This document shows, piece by piece, positions 47,742 to 58,030 of a stretch of DNA of 64,000 nt (the stretch's first letter is position 1; every line of letters begins with the position of its first letter). The DNA is from Candidatus Spongiihabitans thiooxidans. Lineage in GTDB: Bacteria; Pseudomonadota; Gammaproteobacteria; Arenicellales; Poriferihabitantaceae. The stretch lies in the NCBI GenBank assembly GCA_001543005.1, contig LFLB01000022.1, positions 243,956 to 307,955 on the forward strand. The letters are read 5' to 3'. Position numbers and translations under genes: made by a program. A model generated the notes under the pieces. It did not search any database. It had not been told where the DNA came from and was given only the letters and a program-made list of their open reading frames with translations.

Positions 47742-48965
47742 TCAAAAATCGGTATTGCGTTTTCTGTTTGCGGCAATACGAAGACGTAGCGCGTTCAATT
47801 TAATAAAGCCAGTGGCGTCCGATTGATCATAGGCGCCGGCGTCTTCCTCAAACGTCACAATTTTTTTGTCAAACAGTGAATCCGAAACCGATTGGCGGCC
47901 AAGCACATCGACATTGCCTTTGTATAACCGTATTTTAACTTCGCCGTTAACCGACTCCTGAGAGGCGTCAATCATTTTTTGCATCATCAATCGCTCCGGA
48001 CTAAACCAATATCCATTGTAAATCAATTTTGCATAGCGTGGCATGAGCTCGTCTTTCAAATGCGCCACTTCCCGATCCAGGGTCAGTGATTCCATGGCAC
48101 GGTGAGTTTTCAGCATAATGGTTCCGCCAGGGGTTTCGTAACAGCCTCTGTTTTTCATGCCCACATAACGGTTCTCCACAATATCGGCGCGCCCGATGCC
48201 GTGTTTGCACCCCAATGTATTGAGCGCGATCAAAACCCCAGCTGGGGTTAACGCCTTGCCATCGACTGTAGTGATGTCACCTCTGCTAAATCCAATAATT
48301 ACTTGTTCGGCTTTATCCGGTGCGTCCATGGGCGAAGTTGTCCAGCTCCATACCCGATCGTCCGGCGTCTGCCAAGGATCCTCTAACTCTCCGCCTTCAT
48401 GGGAAATGTGCAGTAAGTTGGCGTCGATGGAGTAAGGCGAACCGCCGTCTCTTTTCTTTTCCACTTCAATGCCGTGCGTTTCAGCATACGCCATCAATCT
48501 TTCCCGGGAAGTCAGATTCCATTCTCGCCAAGGCGCAATAATGCGAATATCGGGGTTTAATGCGTAGGCGGATAATTCAAAACGCACTTGGTCGTTGCCC
48601 TTGCCGGTTGCGCCATGGGCAATCGCGTCGGCACCGGTTTTGTGCGCGATTTCAACCAAATACTTTGCAATCAAAGGGCGGGCAATGGCGGTTCCCAGCA
48701 TATATTCACCTTCATACATAGTGTTTGCCCGAATCATCGGAAACACATAATCCCGGGCAAACTCTTCTTTTAAATCCTCGATAAAAATTTCCTTAATGCC
48801 GAACTTCTCGGCTTTTAGTCGGGCCGGTTCAAGGTCTTCCCCCTGACCAATATCCGCGGTGAAGGTCACCACTTCGCAGTTATATTGGTCCTGCAACCAT
48901 TTCATAATAATCGAAGTATCCAGCCCACCTGAATAGGCAAGCACCGTTTTACTTATCTCAGACAT
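47742..48965 (-). CDS. argG: Argininosuccinate synthase
   Basis: 407 aa: [44 protein letters not shown]. Confidence 0.97.
   Translation of the reverse strand: MSEISKTVLAYSGGLDTSIIMKWLQDQYNCEVVTFTADIGQGEDLEPARLKAEKFGIKEIFIEDLKEEFARDYVFPMIRANTMYEGEYMLGTAIARPLIAKYLVEIAHKTGADAIAHGATGKGNDQVRFELSAYALNPDIRIIAPWREWNLTSRERLMAYAETHGIEVEKKRDGGSPYSIDANLLHISHEGGELEDPWQTPDDRVWSWTTSPMDAPDKAEQVIIGFSRGDITTVDGKALTPAGVLIALNTLGCKHGIGRADIVENRYVGMKNRGCYETPGGTIMLKTHRAMESLTLDREVAHLKDELMPRYAKLIYNGYWFSPERLMMQKMIDASQESVNGEVKIRLYKGNVDVLGRQSVSDSLFDKKIVTFEEDAGAYDQSDATGFIKLNALRLRIAANRKRNTDF
48135..48168 (-). other. Protospacer: exact chromosomal match to CRISPR spacer 35
   Basis: 48135-48168 (ttcgtaacagcctctgtttttcatgcccacataa) is identical in all 34 nt to spacer 17511-17544. 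It lies in the argG codons for [12 protein letters not shown]. Confidence 0.97.
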
Positions 48966-49008
48966 CTTGATTTGTATTATTGGTAGGAAAAGGGCAATTA
49001 TATCATTG

Positions 49009-49369
49009 CACCTGATACACGTTTATTTTAAAGGAAACGGCACGAGCCAAACTGAAAATACATAACTTGAATCCACGGTATCTTGTGCCCTATCTAAGAA
49101 TATTGTTAAAAAGGGGGCACCTAATACATGTTTATTTTAAAGGAAACGGCACGAGCCAAACTGAAAATACATAACTTGAATTCACGGTATCTTGTGCCCT
49201 ATCTAAGAATATTGTTAAAAAGGGGGCACCTAATACATGTTTATTTTAAAGGAAACGGCACGAGCCAAACTGAAAATACATAACTTGAATTCACGGTATC
49301 TTGTGCCCTATCTAAGAATATTGTTAAAAAGGGGGCACCTGATACATGTTTATTTTAAAGGAAACGGCA
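49009..49369. repeat. 109-bp tandem repeat, 3.3 copies, in the argG-argF divergent intergenic region
   Basis: Copies start at 49009, 49118, 49227 and 49336 (the last is partial, ~34 nt). Copies 2 and 3 are identical, and copy 1 differs at 3 positions. Each unit contains the imperfect inverted repeat ggcacgag...cttgtgcc, 35 nt apart. Confidence 0.95.
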
Positions 49370-49549
49370 TCGAGTATAGGCATGCTAAAAATCTTAAATA
49401 CATTGACGTTTATGCCCGATCTTAAGAAATATCATGAAAAAGGGTAGAAAATCATTGTCGTTTAAGTAAACTACACTGACAATAGGTGCCGGTTTATTGG
49501 CGTTTTTTGTTTACTTGCCAACAACAGGCCAGCAATAGAAATTACCGCC

Positions 49550-50473
49550 ATGTCGATTCGACACTTTTTAAGTTTGATGGATTTAACAACCGAAGAAATT
49601 CGGCTGATAATCTCACGCGCTATTGAATTGAAAGCCGAACTGCAAGCACAGACGTTTTCAACATTGATGCATAACCAGTCTGCGGTTTTGATTTTTGAGA
49701 AATCGTCCACCCGGACACGGGTGTCATTCGAAACCGGGGTCACCCAATTTAGCGGCAATTCAATTTTTCTTGCGCCTTCGGATTCCCATCTCGGCCGCGG
49801 TGAACCGATAGCAGATACTGCTCGAGTGCTATCCCGAATGGCAAGTCTAATTGTGATGCGAACCGGACCCCATGAACGCATTGAAAAGATGGCGCAGTAT
49901 GCAACCGTTCCGGTTATAAACGGCTTATCCGATTTTAATCATCCCTGCCAGTTGCTTGCCGACATTCAGACATTTACTGAACACCGTGGAGATATTCGAG
50001 GACGAAAAGTTGCCTGGATCGGCGACGGCAATAATGTATGTCACTCCTGGATGAATGCCGCTCGACAACTGGATTTTGAACTTCACATTGCGACCCCAAA
50101 GGATCATCGGCCAGACCAAAACTTGATTAAAGATTGCTCAAACAATATTGTGCTTACCGAAGACCCCAAAGTGGCAGCGAAAGATGCTGCCCTGGTGGTA
50201 ACCGACACTTGGTCGGGAATGGGTCATGAAAAAGAAAAGGAAGCACGAGAAAAAATATTTGAAGGCTATTGCGTGGATGAAAATTTGATGAGCGTTGCGG
50301 CGAAAGATGCCTTGTTTATGCATTGCCTGCCCGCTTATCGCGGTAGCGAAGTGACTGCCGGGGTCATTGACGGCGCGCAAAGTGTTATCTGGGATGAAGC
50401 GGAAAACCGGTTGCATGCACAAAAAGCATTAATAGAATTTTTGCTGACAAACAGCCAGAAGACACCTCAATGA
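49550..50473 (+). CDS. argF: Ornithine carbamoyltransferase
   Basis: 307 aa: FEKSSTRTRVSFE, HPCQLLAD, DTWSGMG, FMHCLPAYRGSEV. Confidence 0.93.
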   Translation: MSIRHFLSLMDLTTEEIRLIISRAIELKAELQAQTFSTLMHNQSAVLIFEKSSTRTRVSFETGVTQFSGNSIFLAPSDSHLGRGEPIADTARVLSRMASLIVMRTGPHERIEKMAQYATVPVINGLSDFNHPCQLLADIQTFTEHRGDIRGRKVAWIGDGNNVCHSWMNAARQLDFELHIATPKDHRPDQNLIKDCSNNIVLTEDPKVAAKDAALVVTDTWSGMGHEKEKEAREKIFEGYCVDENLMSVAAKDALFMHCLPAYRGSEVTAGVIDGAQSVIWDEAENRLHAQKALIEFLLTNSQKTPQ

Positions 50474-50492
50474 CTCCTGAGAAGCATTATCA

Positions 50493-51095
50493 ATGACGAA
50501 AGTTTTAATACTCTATTACACCCGCCACGGATCTATTTCTGAGCTGGCTAAACATGTTAGCCGGGGTGTTGAAAGCGTAAATCAGTGCCAGGCAGTCATG
50601 CGCACGGCGCCGGCGGTATCCACGGTATGCGAAGCAACGGCAAGTGAAATTCCTGAAAGCGGCGATATCTATGTGACCACAGATGATCTCGAAAACTGTG
50701 ATGGCCTGATTCTCGGCAGCCCAACACGGTTTGGAAGCATCGCTTCGCCGCTGAAATATTTTTTCGACCAAACCGCGCCGCAATGGTTAAACGGCACGCT
50801 GGCGGATAAACCCGCCGGGGTGTTTACCTCGTCATCAAGTATGCACGGCGGTCAAGAAAGCACCTTGTTAGCGATGATGCTACCGTTAATTCACCACGGC
50901 ATGGTAATGGTCGGTATCCCATATAGTGGGACGCCGCTGGCTCAAACCCAATCCGGCGGTAGCCCGTATGGCGCCAGCCATGTCGCCGGTGGCGACAACA
51001 TCAATCCGGTCTCGCAGGAGGAAAAAGTGCTGGCGGAAATCCTGGGTCGCCGAGTGGCGAATTGTGCTGCTGTTTTGTCCAATTGCCAGCTATAA
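50493..51095 (+). CDS. wrbA: NAD(P)H:quinone oxidoreductase, WrbA-type flavodoxin-like protein
   Basis: 200 aa: KVLILYYTRHGSI...LILGSPTRFGSIASPLKYFFDQT...GGQESTLL. Confidence 0.85.
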   Translation: MTKVLILYYTRHGSISELAKHVSRGVESVNQCQAVMRTAPAVSTVCEATASEIPESGDIYVTTDDLENCDGLILGSPTRFGSIASPLKYFFDQTAPQWLNGTLADKPAGVFTSSSSMHGGQESTLLAMMLPLIHHGMVMVGIPYSGTPLAQTQSGGSPYGASHVAGGDNINPVSQEEKVLAEILGRRVANCAAVLSNCQL

Positions 51096-51100
51096 CAGCG

Positions 51101-51799
51101 TCACATCAAGGTCTTGACAAAGGGAATGGTGATTTTTCGGTGCGCCTGGAGAGATCCACTGTCCAGTTTATCCAACAATGCAAACAAGGATTTGGTATCG
51201 CGTTGGTAACGCGACATGATGAACCGAATCACGCTGTCGTCCAGTGCAAAGCCGCGCTTGGCCGCTCTTAATTTTAACGCGGTTCGCTTTTCATCGTCAT
51301 CCAACGCATAAATATTAAAAGTGCCGCCACTGGATAATCGGGATTCAAGATCCTTTAATGTTATACCGATTGAACCCAGTGGGCTGGTTCCACTGACCAC
51401 GATAGCGCCCGCGCCATGCATGATTTTCTCGTACAGGGAAAAAATTTGATTTTGTCCTGACTCGGAACCCACAATTTGTTGTAGATCATCGATACAAACC
51501 AGCGTGTCTTTATGCACATCACTCAGTTTCTCAAGTCGCCCGCCATCTTGCCCACCATCTTGTTTAAGCGACACATATAAATTTTGCATACCCGATTTTC
51601 CTGCCGCCTGGCAACACGCATTGAGCAGATGGGTTTTACCACTGCCGCTTTCTCCCCACAGATACAATACCCGCTTGGCGCACACGCCGACGAGGAGATT
51701 TTTTAGTTGCTCTATTAAAGGCTGGTTTCGTTTGCTGTAAAAGCTCTCCAAACTGGTGTCATCTTCAATACTAATTGGAATAACGGTTTGTCGACTCAT
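51101..51799 (-). CDS. hda: DnaA regulatory inactivator Hda
   Basis: 232 aa: LYLWGESGSGKTHLLNA, and C-terminal KITIPFVKTLM, typical of Hda. Confidence 0.88.
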   Translation of the reverse strand: MSRQTVIPISIEDDTSLESFYSKRNQPLIEQLKNLLVGVCAKRVLYLWGESGSGKTHLLNACCQAAGKSGMQNLYVSLKQDGGQDGGRLEKLSDVHKDTLVCIDDLQQIVGSESGQNQIFSLYEKIMHGAGAIVVSGTSPLGSIGITLKDLESRLSSGGTFNIYALDDDEKRTALKLRAAKRGFALDDSVIRFIMSRYQRDTKSLFALLDKLDSGSLQAHRKITIPFVKTLM

Positions 51800-52350
51800 T
51801 TTTCGGAAACACCCTCAAATTCCTGACGAATGCCCCATAACCACACGTATTGAACCCCGCTGACAACCGTCGTGATCAATACGCCAAATATCAATACGTC
51901 CACGATTAGCGGGACTTGGACAATTGAAGATTTCTCTAACAGCACCGCAACCATCAATGAAATCTGAACAAAGGTATTTACCTTGCTACTATAGGTCGGG
52001 CGCATGGGAACATCAATCCCCATCACCACAAAAATAAAGTACCCTACGACGATCACCAAATCACGGAACATGACCACTATCAGCAACCAAAACGGGATGT
52101 CGCCCAGAATCGCCAGCATGATATAGGTGCTGGCAATCAGTAATTTATCCGCAACGGGATCAAGCACTGCCCCGAAATTTGAAACACAGTCAAATCGTTT
52201 GGCAATATAACCATCAAGACCATCGGTAATCCCGGCAGCAAGAAACAGCACTAAAGCCGTCTCATAATTTCCATTATGCAACAGCAAAACCAGAATAGGA
52301 CAAACCACGATTCGAGCCAGCGTCAATAGATTCGGGATTTGGGACAGCAA
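51796..52350 (-). CDS. CDP-alcohol phosphatidyltransferase family protein (PgsA-like)
   Basis: DGLDGYIAKRFDCVSNFGAVLDPVADKL matches D-G-x2-A-R-x8-G-x3-D-x3-D. Confidence 0.85.
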   Translation of the reverse strand: MLSQIPNLLTLARIVVCPILVLLLHNGNYETALVLFLAAGITDGLDGYIAKRFDCVSNFGAVLDPVADKLLIASTYIMLAILGDIPFWLLIVVMFRDLVIVVGYFIFVVMGIDVPMRPTYSSKVNTFVQISLMVAVLLEKSSIVQVPLIVDVLIFGVLITTVVSGVQYVWLWGIRQEFEGVSEK

Positions 52351-52589
52351 ATTTTATTTCCTGTTTGGTTAAACAATTAGATGAAGCGTCCTCATGCCCA
52401 CTACAACATTTTGATGCAAAAGCGAACACTCACATAATCGCCGATTGTACGACCCTTTTGAAGGAAATCCACCAGCAAATCTTAAACGGGTTATTTTAGC
52501 GATTTGGGTTATTGGATGTTGCTCTGATAACGCTGGAATGGCATTATTCAGAACTTCCCATATTTATTCATACTCGTCCGCACTCGCCC

Positions 52590-53639
52590 ATGCGCCGCCA
52601 AACCAAATCCAATGAATCGCTGAGCTATCGCGAAAGCGGCGTCAGTATAGACGCGGGTAATGAACTGGTAGAAAGAATCAGGCACGTAGCACAGGAGACA
52701 TTTCGCCCCGGCGTGTTACAGGGACTAGGCGGGTTTGGCGCATTGTTTGAGATTCCCACCCAACATTATAAAAACCCGGTTCTGGTATCCGCTACCGATG
52801 GTGTCGGCACCAAGCTGAAACTTGCCTCCATGCTGAATCGCCACGACACCATTGGCATCGACCTGGTGGCGATGTGCGTTAATGACATCATCGTCTGCGG
52901 CGCCGAACCATTGTATTTTCTCGACTATTATGCCACCGGGAAACTGCAGCCTGAGCAGACGGAAACCGTAGTTCGAGGCATTGCCCAAGGCTGTCTGCAA
53001 GCGGGCTGCGCACTCACTGGCGGTGAAACCGCCGAGATGCCGGGAATGTATCAATCCGGCGACTATGACCTCGCCGGCTTCGCAGTCGGCATCGTTGAAA
53101 AAGATAAAATAATGACACCAGAGCGGGTAAAAGCCGGAGATCTGATTCTAGGTTTGGCATCGACCGGGCTCCATTCCAACGGCTATTCGCTAGTCCGAAA
53201 AATCGTTGAGGTTACCCATACCGATTTAGCTCAACCATTCGAAGATACCAGTTTGGGGGAAAAATTATTGACGCCGACACGAATCTATGTGAAATCGATC
53301 CTGACCCTGCTCGAGTCGGTCCGAGTAACCGCAATATGTCATATTACCGGCGGCGGTATCCTGGAGAATCTGCCCAGAGTGCTCCCCCAAGGGATGAGTG
53401 CGAAAATATCCAAATCTTCCTGGCGCCTGCCAGCGCTGTTTCAATGGCTGCAGGATAAAGGCAAAATCGAAGAAATAGAAATGCACCGCACATTTAATTG
53501 CGGCATCGGTATGGTGATATGCGTCGACCCCAAAGACGCGGACGCAGCCATAGCCAGCCTTGAAAAATCCGGTGAACAGGTTCGCGCCCTTGGAGAAATA
53601 AGTGCATCCGAGCACACCGAAGTTGTATGGCACCATTAA
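52590..53639 (+). CDS. purM: Phosphoribosylformylglycinamidine cyclo-ligase
   Basis: The track ORF starts at 52512. The likely start is the ATG at 52590 ([25 protein letters not shown]...). Motifs: [14 protein letters not shown] and DYYATGKL. Confidence 0.93.
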   Translation: MRRQTKSNESLSYRESGVSIDAGNELVERIRHVAQETFRPGVLQGLGGFGALFEIPTQHYKNPVLVSATDGVGTKLKLASMLNRHDTIGIDLVAMCVNDIIVCGAEPLYFLDYYATGKLQPEQTETVVRGIAQGCLQAGCALTGGETAEMPGMYQSGDYDLAGFAVGIVEKDKIMTPERVKAGDLILGLASTGLHSNGYSLVRKIVEVTHTDLAQPFEDTSLGEKLLTPTRIYVKSILTLLESVRVTAICHITGGGILENLPRVLPQGMSAKISKSSWRLPALFQWLQDKGKIEEIEMHRTFNCGIGMVICVDPKDADAAIASLEKSGEQVRALGEISASEHTEVVWHH

Positions 53640-53642
53640 GTG

Positions 53643-53682
53643 GTGCGATAAATGCCAATAATCGTGCGATAAATGCCAATAA
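53643..53682. repeat. 19-bp direct repeat x 2 (period 21) immediately after the purM stop
   Basis: gtgcgataaatgccaataa tc gtgcgataaatgccaataa. Confidence 0.9.
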
Positions 53683-53688
53683 ATACTT

Positions 53689-54300
53689 GTGCGAATCATT
53701 AAACTAGTGGCGCTCATTTCCGGTGGCGGCACCAATCTTCAGTCCATCATAGACCACATCAACGAGGGCAACCTTGATGCCAAAATCGACCTGGTAATCA
53801 GTGATCGGGAACAGGCTTATGGACTAGTGCGCGCCCGGGATGCCGGTATTGCCGGGCTTGTCATTCGGCCTGGGGCTTATGCCTCCAAAGTCGAATATGA
53901 ACATGCTCTGGCGAAAGCCGTGGCCAATTATGATCCTGACTTGGTGATACTTGCGGGATGGATGCGTATTCTTGGCAGAAAATTTGTGCAACAATTCCAA
54001 GGGCGATTGGTGAATATTCACCCGTCTTTGCTGCCCAATCACAAAGGCCTGAATACCCATCAACGTGTTATCGACGCTGGCGATAAGACCCACGGCGCAA
54101 CAGTACACTTTGTCACCGCGCAACTTGATGACGGCCCGACAATCATACAGGCACAGGTTACGGTTGATGCCAATGACGATGCCGCCACGCTGCAACAAAA
54201 AGTCTTGCACGAAGAGCATAAAATTTATCCCAAGGCCATACAGTGGATCGCCGAGGGAAAAGTCAATTTTGCCCACCTGATAAAAACGCCCGCCCCATGA
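53689..54300 (+). CDS. purN: Phosphoribosylglycinamide formyltransferase
   Basis: LISGGGTNLQSII, VILAGWMRIL, VNIHPSLLPNHKGLNTHQR. Confidence 0.93.
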   Translation: MRIIKLVALISGGGTNLQSIIDHINEGNLDAKIDLVISDREQAYGLVRARDAGIAGLVIRPGAYASKVEYEHALAKAVANYDPDLVILAGWMRILGRKFVQQFQGRLVNIHPSLLPNHKGLNTHQRVIDAGDKTHGATVHFVTAQLDDGPTIIQAQVTVDANDDAATLQQKVLHEEHKIYPKAIQWIAEGKVNFAHLIKTPAP

Positions 54301-55067
54301 GCATGAATACGATTCGGCTAAATTTAACAGCCATTAAATCCAAAGCGGCGTTAGCTGTTTGCGGTCTGATGCTGTTTGCCCACAGCGCCCCAGCTCAGGT
54401 CATGTCTCAGGTCATGCCTCAGGTCATATCGCGGGCGGTAGACATCAAAAGCCAAACACTGCGCTATTCGATTAAATATGGAAAATATAATGCGGGTGAG
54501 TTGGAAATTGTCATTGAGCGTAGTCAACAACAAATCAAAACCACTGCCATTAGTCACTTGAGTATCCCCGCCAGAATGTTTATTGCTGATTTGACGGCGG
54601 AAAACTGGTTCGACATTGAACGCGAAAAAGCCTATCTGGTGAGCGGGCATACGCTCTCCCGTGACCGTAAAACCGTCGAGCGCAGCTTTGCCATTGATCG
54701 AAAACAAGGACTCATCAAACTGCAACCGGGCGAACAGGTTATCCCAATAAATATAAAAAAGATTTTCGAGTCGACCGCCTTCCCGATTACCTTGATAACC
54801 AGCGACATTGAATCCATCCAAGGGCAAACAGTCCTGGAAATCAGCCCCAAACGCATCAGGGAATACGTCTATTTAGCGCCCGAACAACAAACTCTGACGC
54901 TCAACGGCAGACGATTTGAAACCTGGAAAGTGACGCGCCAAAAACTGGGCGATGCCACGCGCACGGTAACCCTGTGGCTGGATAAAAATAATCAACAAAT
55001 TCCAGTGAAAATCATTACCACAAAGAAAAACAAGGACACGGTTATGACTTTATTGCCTGAAGCCTGA
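54297..55067 (+). CDS. DUF3108-like secreted/outer-membrane protein
   Basis: The internal ATG at 54297 forms an ATGA overlap with the purN stop. It has a signal peptide (MSMNTIRLNLTAIKSKAALAVCGLMLFAHSAPA) and occupies the conserved position after purN. Confidence 0.6.
   Translation: MSMNTIRLNLTAIKSKAALAVCGLMLFAHSAPAQVMSQVMPQVISRAVDIKSQTLRYSIKYGKYNAGELEIVIERSQQQIKTTAISHLSIPARMFIADLTAENWFDIEREKAYLVSGHTLSRDRKTVERSFAIDRKQGLIKLQPGEQVIPINIKKIFESTAFPITLITSDIESIQGQTVLEISPKRIREYVYLAPEQQTLTLNGRRFETWKVTRQKLGDATRTVTLWLDKNNQQIPVKIITTKKNKDTVMTLLPEA
54394..54428. repeat. 12-bp x ~2.9 in-frame tandem repeat inside the DUF3108-like gene
   Basis: ctcaggtcatgt ctcaggtcatgc ctcaggtcata, encoding SQVM-SQVM-PQVI right after the signal peptide. 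Confidence 0.9.
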
Positions 55068-55195
55068 GAATCCAGGCTTTATGGCCCCACTATAATCATG
55101 CCTGCATTGAACCTTGAAAATTATCCAGAATGCACCATCTTTGTGCGCTTATCCCGGGCAAAACAACACAAACATAATTCACGCAAAAATAATTC

Positions 55196-56170
55196 ATGGT
55201 TGCTGCGCTTACCCTATCCAATCTAAAAAAAACCTATGGCGATGGTCAGGTCGCACTAAAAGGCATTAGTATGACCGTTGAACAAGGCGATTTTTTTGCG
55301 TTGCTTGGCAAAAACGGCGCCGGCAAATCCACCGCCATTGGCATCATTTCATCTCTGGTCAACAAATCCGCAGGTTCGGTACAGGTTTTTGACGCGGATA
55401 TAGATGTCGATTTTGCCAGGGCAAAATCATACATCGGCATCGTGCCTCAGGAAATCAACTGCAGTGTTTTCGAAACCGCCGACCAAATCGTTATGAACCA
55501 GGCCGGGTATTATGGCATAGGCCGTAAAATCGCCAGGCAGCGCACCGACCATTATCTCAGTCAATTGGGTCTGTCAGAGAAAAAGGATGTACCCACAAAA
55601 TCATTATCTGGTGGCATGAAACGACGATTGATGATCGCTCGAGCACTGGTCAACGAACCCAAGCTATTGATTCTGGATGAACCCACTGCGGGTGTTGACA
55701 TTGAAACCAGGCGATCAATGTGGGACTACCTCGTAGAAATAAATAAGAAAGGCACAACAATTATTTTGACCACTCATTATCTTGAAGAAGCGGAAAGTCT
55801 GTGCCGTAACATCGCAATTATCGAAAGCGGCGAACTGATAGAAAACACCAGCACCAAAACCCTTCTTGCACAACTCAAACAAGAGACCTACGTACTTGAC
55901 CTGGCCGATCCAATAGACAAATTGCCCGATCGGCTGGCTCGGTCCGACGCACAAAGCTGGACCTTAAAAAATGATATGACTCTGGAAGTTGTGGTACCAA
56001 AGTCTCTGGGCATTAATTCATTCTTCGAAACCCTGACCAACAACAACATTCGGGTGCAAAGTATGCGCAACAAAACCAATCGATTGGAGCAGTTGTTCCT
56101 GGAAATGACCGACCACGTATCAAAATCCAACGGCATAAAGCCCAACGACAGGGGGAACAACGCCCGATGA
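55196..56170 (+). CDS. ABC transporter ATP-binding protein (ABC-2/YadG type)
   Basis: Walker A GKNGAGKST, signature LSGGMKRRLMIARAL, Walker B LLILDEPTAGVD. Confidence 0.88.
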   Translation: MVAALTLSNLKKTYGDGQVALKGISMTVEQGDFFALLGKNGAGKSTAIGIISSLVNKSAGSVQVFDADIDVDFARAKSYIGIVPQEINCSVFETADQIVMNQAGYYGIGRKIARQRTDHYLSQLGLSEKKDVPTKSLSGGMKRRLMIARALVNEPKLLILDEPTAGVDIETRRSMWDYLVEINKKGTTIILTTHYLEEAESLCRNIAIIESGELIENTSTKTLLAQLKQETYVLDLADPIDKLPDRLARSDAQSWTLKNDMTLEVVVPKSLGINSFFETLTNNNIRVQSMRNKTNRLEQLFLEMTDHVSKSNGIKPNDRGNNAR

Positions 56171-56940
56171 GCTGGCAAGAGAATTGCATCGCATTTATGA
56201 CCATTCTGCGTAAAGAGGTCACACGCTTCATGCGTATCTGGCAACAAGCGATCCTGCCTCCGGTAATAACCACCTCACTGTACTTCATAATTTTCGGAAA
56301 TCTTATCGGTCCCCGAATTGGCGATATGGGCGGCCATCCGTATATGGATTTTATCGTTCCTGGATTAATTTTGATGTCGGTGATTACCAATGCCTACGCC
56401 AACGTATCGTCATCTTTTTTCAGCGCAAAATTTCAGCGCTCCATCGAGGAACTACAGGTTTCTCCCGCCCCAAACAGCGTCATACTGCTTGGCTATGTAG
56501 GTGGCGGCGTGGCACGCGGCCTTGTGGTCGGAATAGTCGTCACCGCTGTCTCACTATTTTTTAGCAAACTGTCCGTGCACAGCCTGCCAACAATGGTGAG
56601 TATTGTTATCTTGACTGCGGTACTATTTTCTCTGGCCGGTTTCCTGAACGGTGTATTCGCCCAGAAGTTCGACGATGTAACCATCATCCCGAACTTCGTC
56701 CTTACTCCACTCACCTATCTTGGCGGCATTTTTTATTCCATCAAATTACTCCCCGATTTCTGGCAAGCTGTATCCTATATCAACCCCATCCTTTATATGA
56801 TCAATGCTTTTCGCTACGGCTTCCTCGGCATTTCCGACATTAATCTCGGCTTGTCTTTCATTATCATTCTGGGGTTTATCGTGCTCCTGTTCGTGATTAA
56901 CCTCCGATTACTCAAATCTGGATTTGGAATAAGGCAGTAA
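56167..56940 (+). CDS. ABC-2 type transporter permease (YadH-like)
   Basis: 257 aa with 6 predicted TM helices; 4-nt overlap with the ATPase gene. Confidence 0.82.
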   Translation: MSWQENCIAFMTILRKEVTRFMRIWQQAILPPVITTSLYFIIFGNLIGPRIGDMGGHPYMDFIVPGLILMSVITNAYANVSSSFFSAKFQRSIEELQVSPAPNSVILLGYVGGGVARGLVVGIVVTAVSLFFSKLSVHSLPTMVSIVILTAVLFSLAGFLNGVFAQKFDDVTIIPNFVLTPLTYLGGIFYSIKLLPDFWQAVSYINPILYMINAFRYGFLGISDINLGLSFIIILGFIVLLFVINLRLLKSGFGIRQ

Positions 56941-57005
56941 TCAGGTGAGCGGGACCCGGCAGACGTATGGCGCCCTTATCGGCTAACTTAACGAATGGCC
57001 ATTGA

Positions 57006-57929
57006 CTATTCAGAAGGCACATAAGCGGAGGCTTCCTTGAATATCCAATTCCGCACTGCCACAATATCCGGCCATTGGGCCTTGGCGCGAGTAGAAACGA
57101 AATAATAAGAAAATTCGAGGGGGAAGGTGAGTTCAAAGGGTTTAATTAATCGACCACTCATGAGGTCATCACTGACCGACACACTGCCGACCAAAGCCAC
57201 GCCCTGACCATCCAGCGCCGCCTGGATCAGCAACTCCTGCTGGTAAAATATCGAGCCGTGGCTTGAATCTACCTCGCTGGCACCTGCCGCCATTAACCAC
57301 ATTTTCCAATCCGGCCAACCCGCACCCAGGTCAAGATTGCCGGTGCCATAATGCAACAGATGATAATGTTTTAAATCCGACGGATGCTTCAGAGGATACT
57401 CGCTTATCAAACTTTGGCTACACACCGGAAAAATTTCCTCGCAAAACAACAGGTCGACCTGCATATCTGGATAATTACCGCCGCCAAAACGTATGCCAAT
57501 ATCGATATCACTATGGGCCAAATCCACTACCTCCATGGTGTTATCAATTCTGATATCGATGTCAGGGTGTTTATCCCTTAACAACCCAAGCCTGGGAACA
57601 AGCCACTTGCTTGCAAAAGAAGGCGCGACGCTAATGGTAATCGGACGATTCAGATTCATGGATTTGACATCACTCACGGCCGTGCCTATTCGGTTAAATC
57701 CATCCTGTAGTCCGGGCAACAGACTCTGACCCGCGTCGGTTAACCGGATGCGTCGATGCATACGTCTGAACAAGGGGATGCCAAGAAAGTCCTCCAACAA
57801 TTTAACCTGCTGACTAATCGCACCAGGCGTCACGAAAAGCTCTTCGGATGCTTTTGAAAAACTCAGATGGCGGGCCGCGGATTCAAACGCCCACAGTGCC
57901 TTTAATGGCGGAATTCGATCTGATTTCAC
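57006..57929 (-). CDS. LysR-family transcriptional regulator (GcvA-like subgroup)
   Basis: LKALWAFESAARHLSFSKASEELFVTPGAISQQVKLLE plus a LysR effector domain. It is a paralogue of the regulator at 43284..44213. Confidence 0.88.
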   Translation of the reverse strand: MKSDRIPPLKALWAFESAARHLSFSKASEELFVTPGAISQQVKLLEDFLGIPLFRRMHRRIRLTDAGQSLLPGLQDGFNRIGTAVSDVKSMNLNRPITISVAPSFASKWLVPRLGLLRDKHPDIDIRIDNTMEVVDLAHSDIDIGIRFGGGNYPDMQVDLLFCEEIFPVCSQSLISEYPLKHPSDLKHYHLLHYGTGNLDLGAGWPDWKMWLMAAGASEVDSSHGSIFYQQELLIQAALDGQGVALVGSVSVSDDLMSGRLIKPFELTFPLEFSYYFVSTRAKAQWPDIVAVRNWIFKEASAYVPSE

Positions 57930-58030
57930 ATTAGTTTATCTAAATAGAAATGTTAATTTTTATCGTTTGAATTCGACTTTTTTAAAGACTACTCTGGCTG
58001 AACCTTAACCACTTACAGAGATTTAATGCA

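Noticed and set aside
48169-48171. CGG immediately flanking the argG protospacer on the plus strand, as a functional NGG PAM
   Set aside because: Given the tracrRNA strand, its terminator, and the Francisella-like GTTTCAG repeat start, crRNAs are read from the minus strand, so this flank is on the 5' (non-PAM) side. It is kept as an alternative, to be settled by RNA-seq, in the PAM finding.
49009-49369. ARG boxes (ArgR operators) inside the 109-bp repeat units
   Set aside because: The best candidate, cttGAATTCAc, lacks the 4-bp AT core of the TGAAT-N4-ATTCA palindrome. It is not a credible match.
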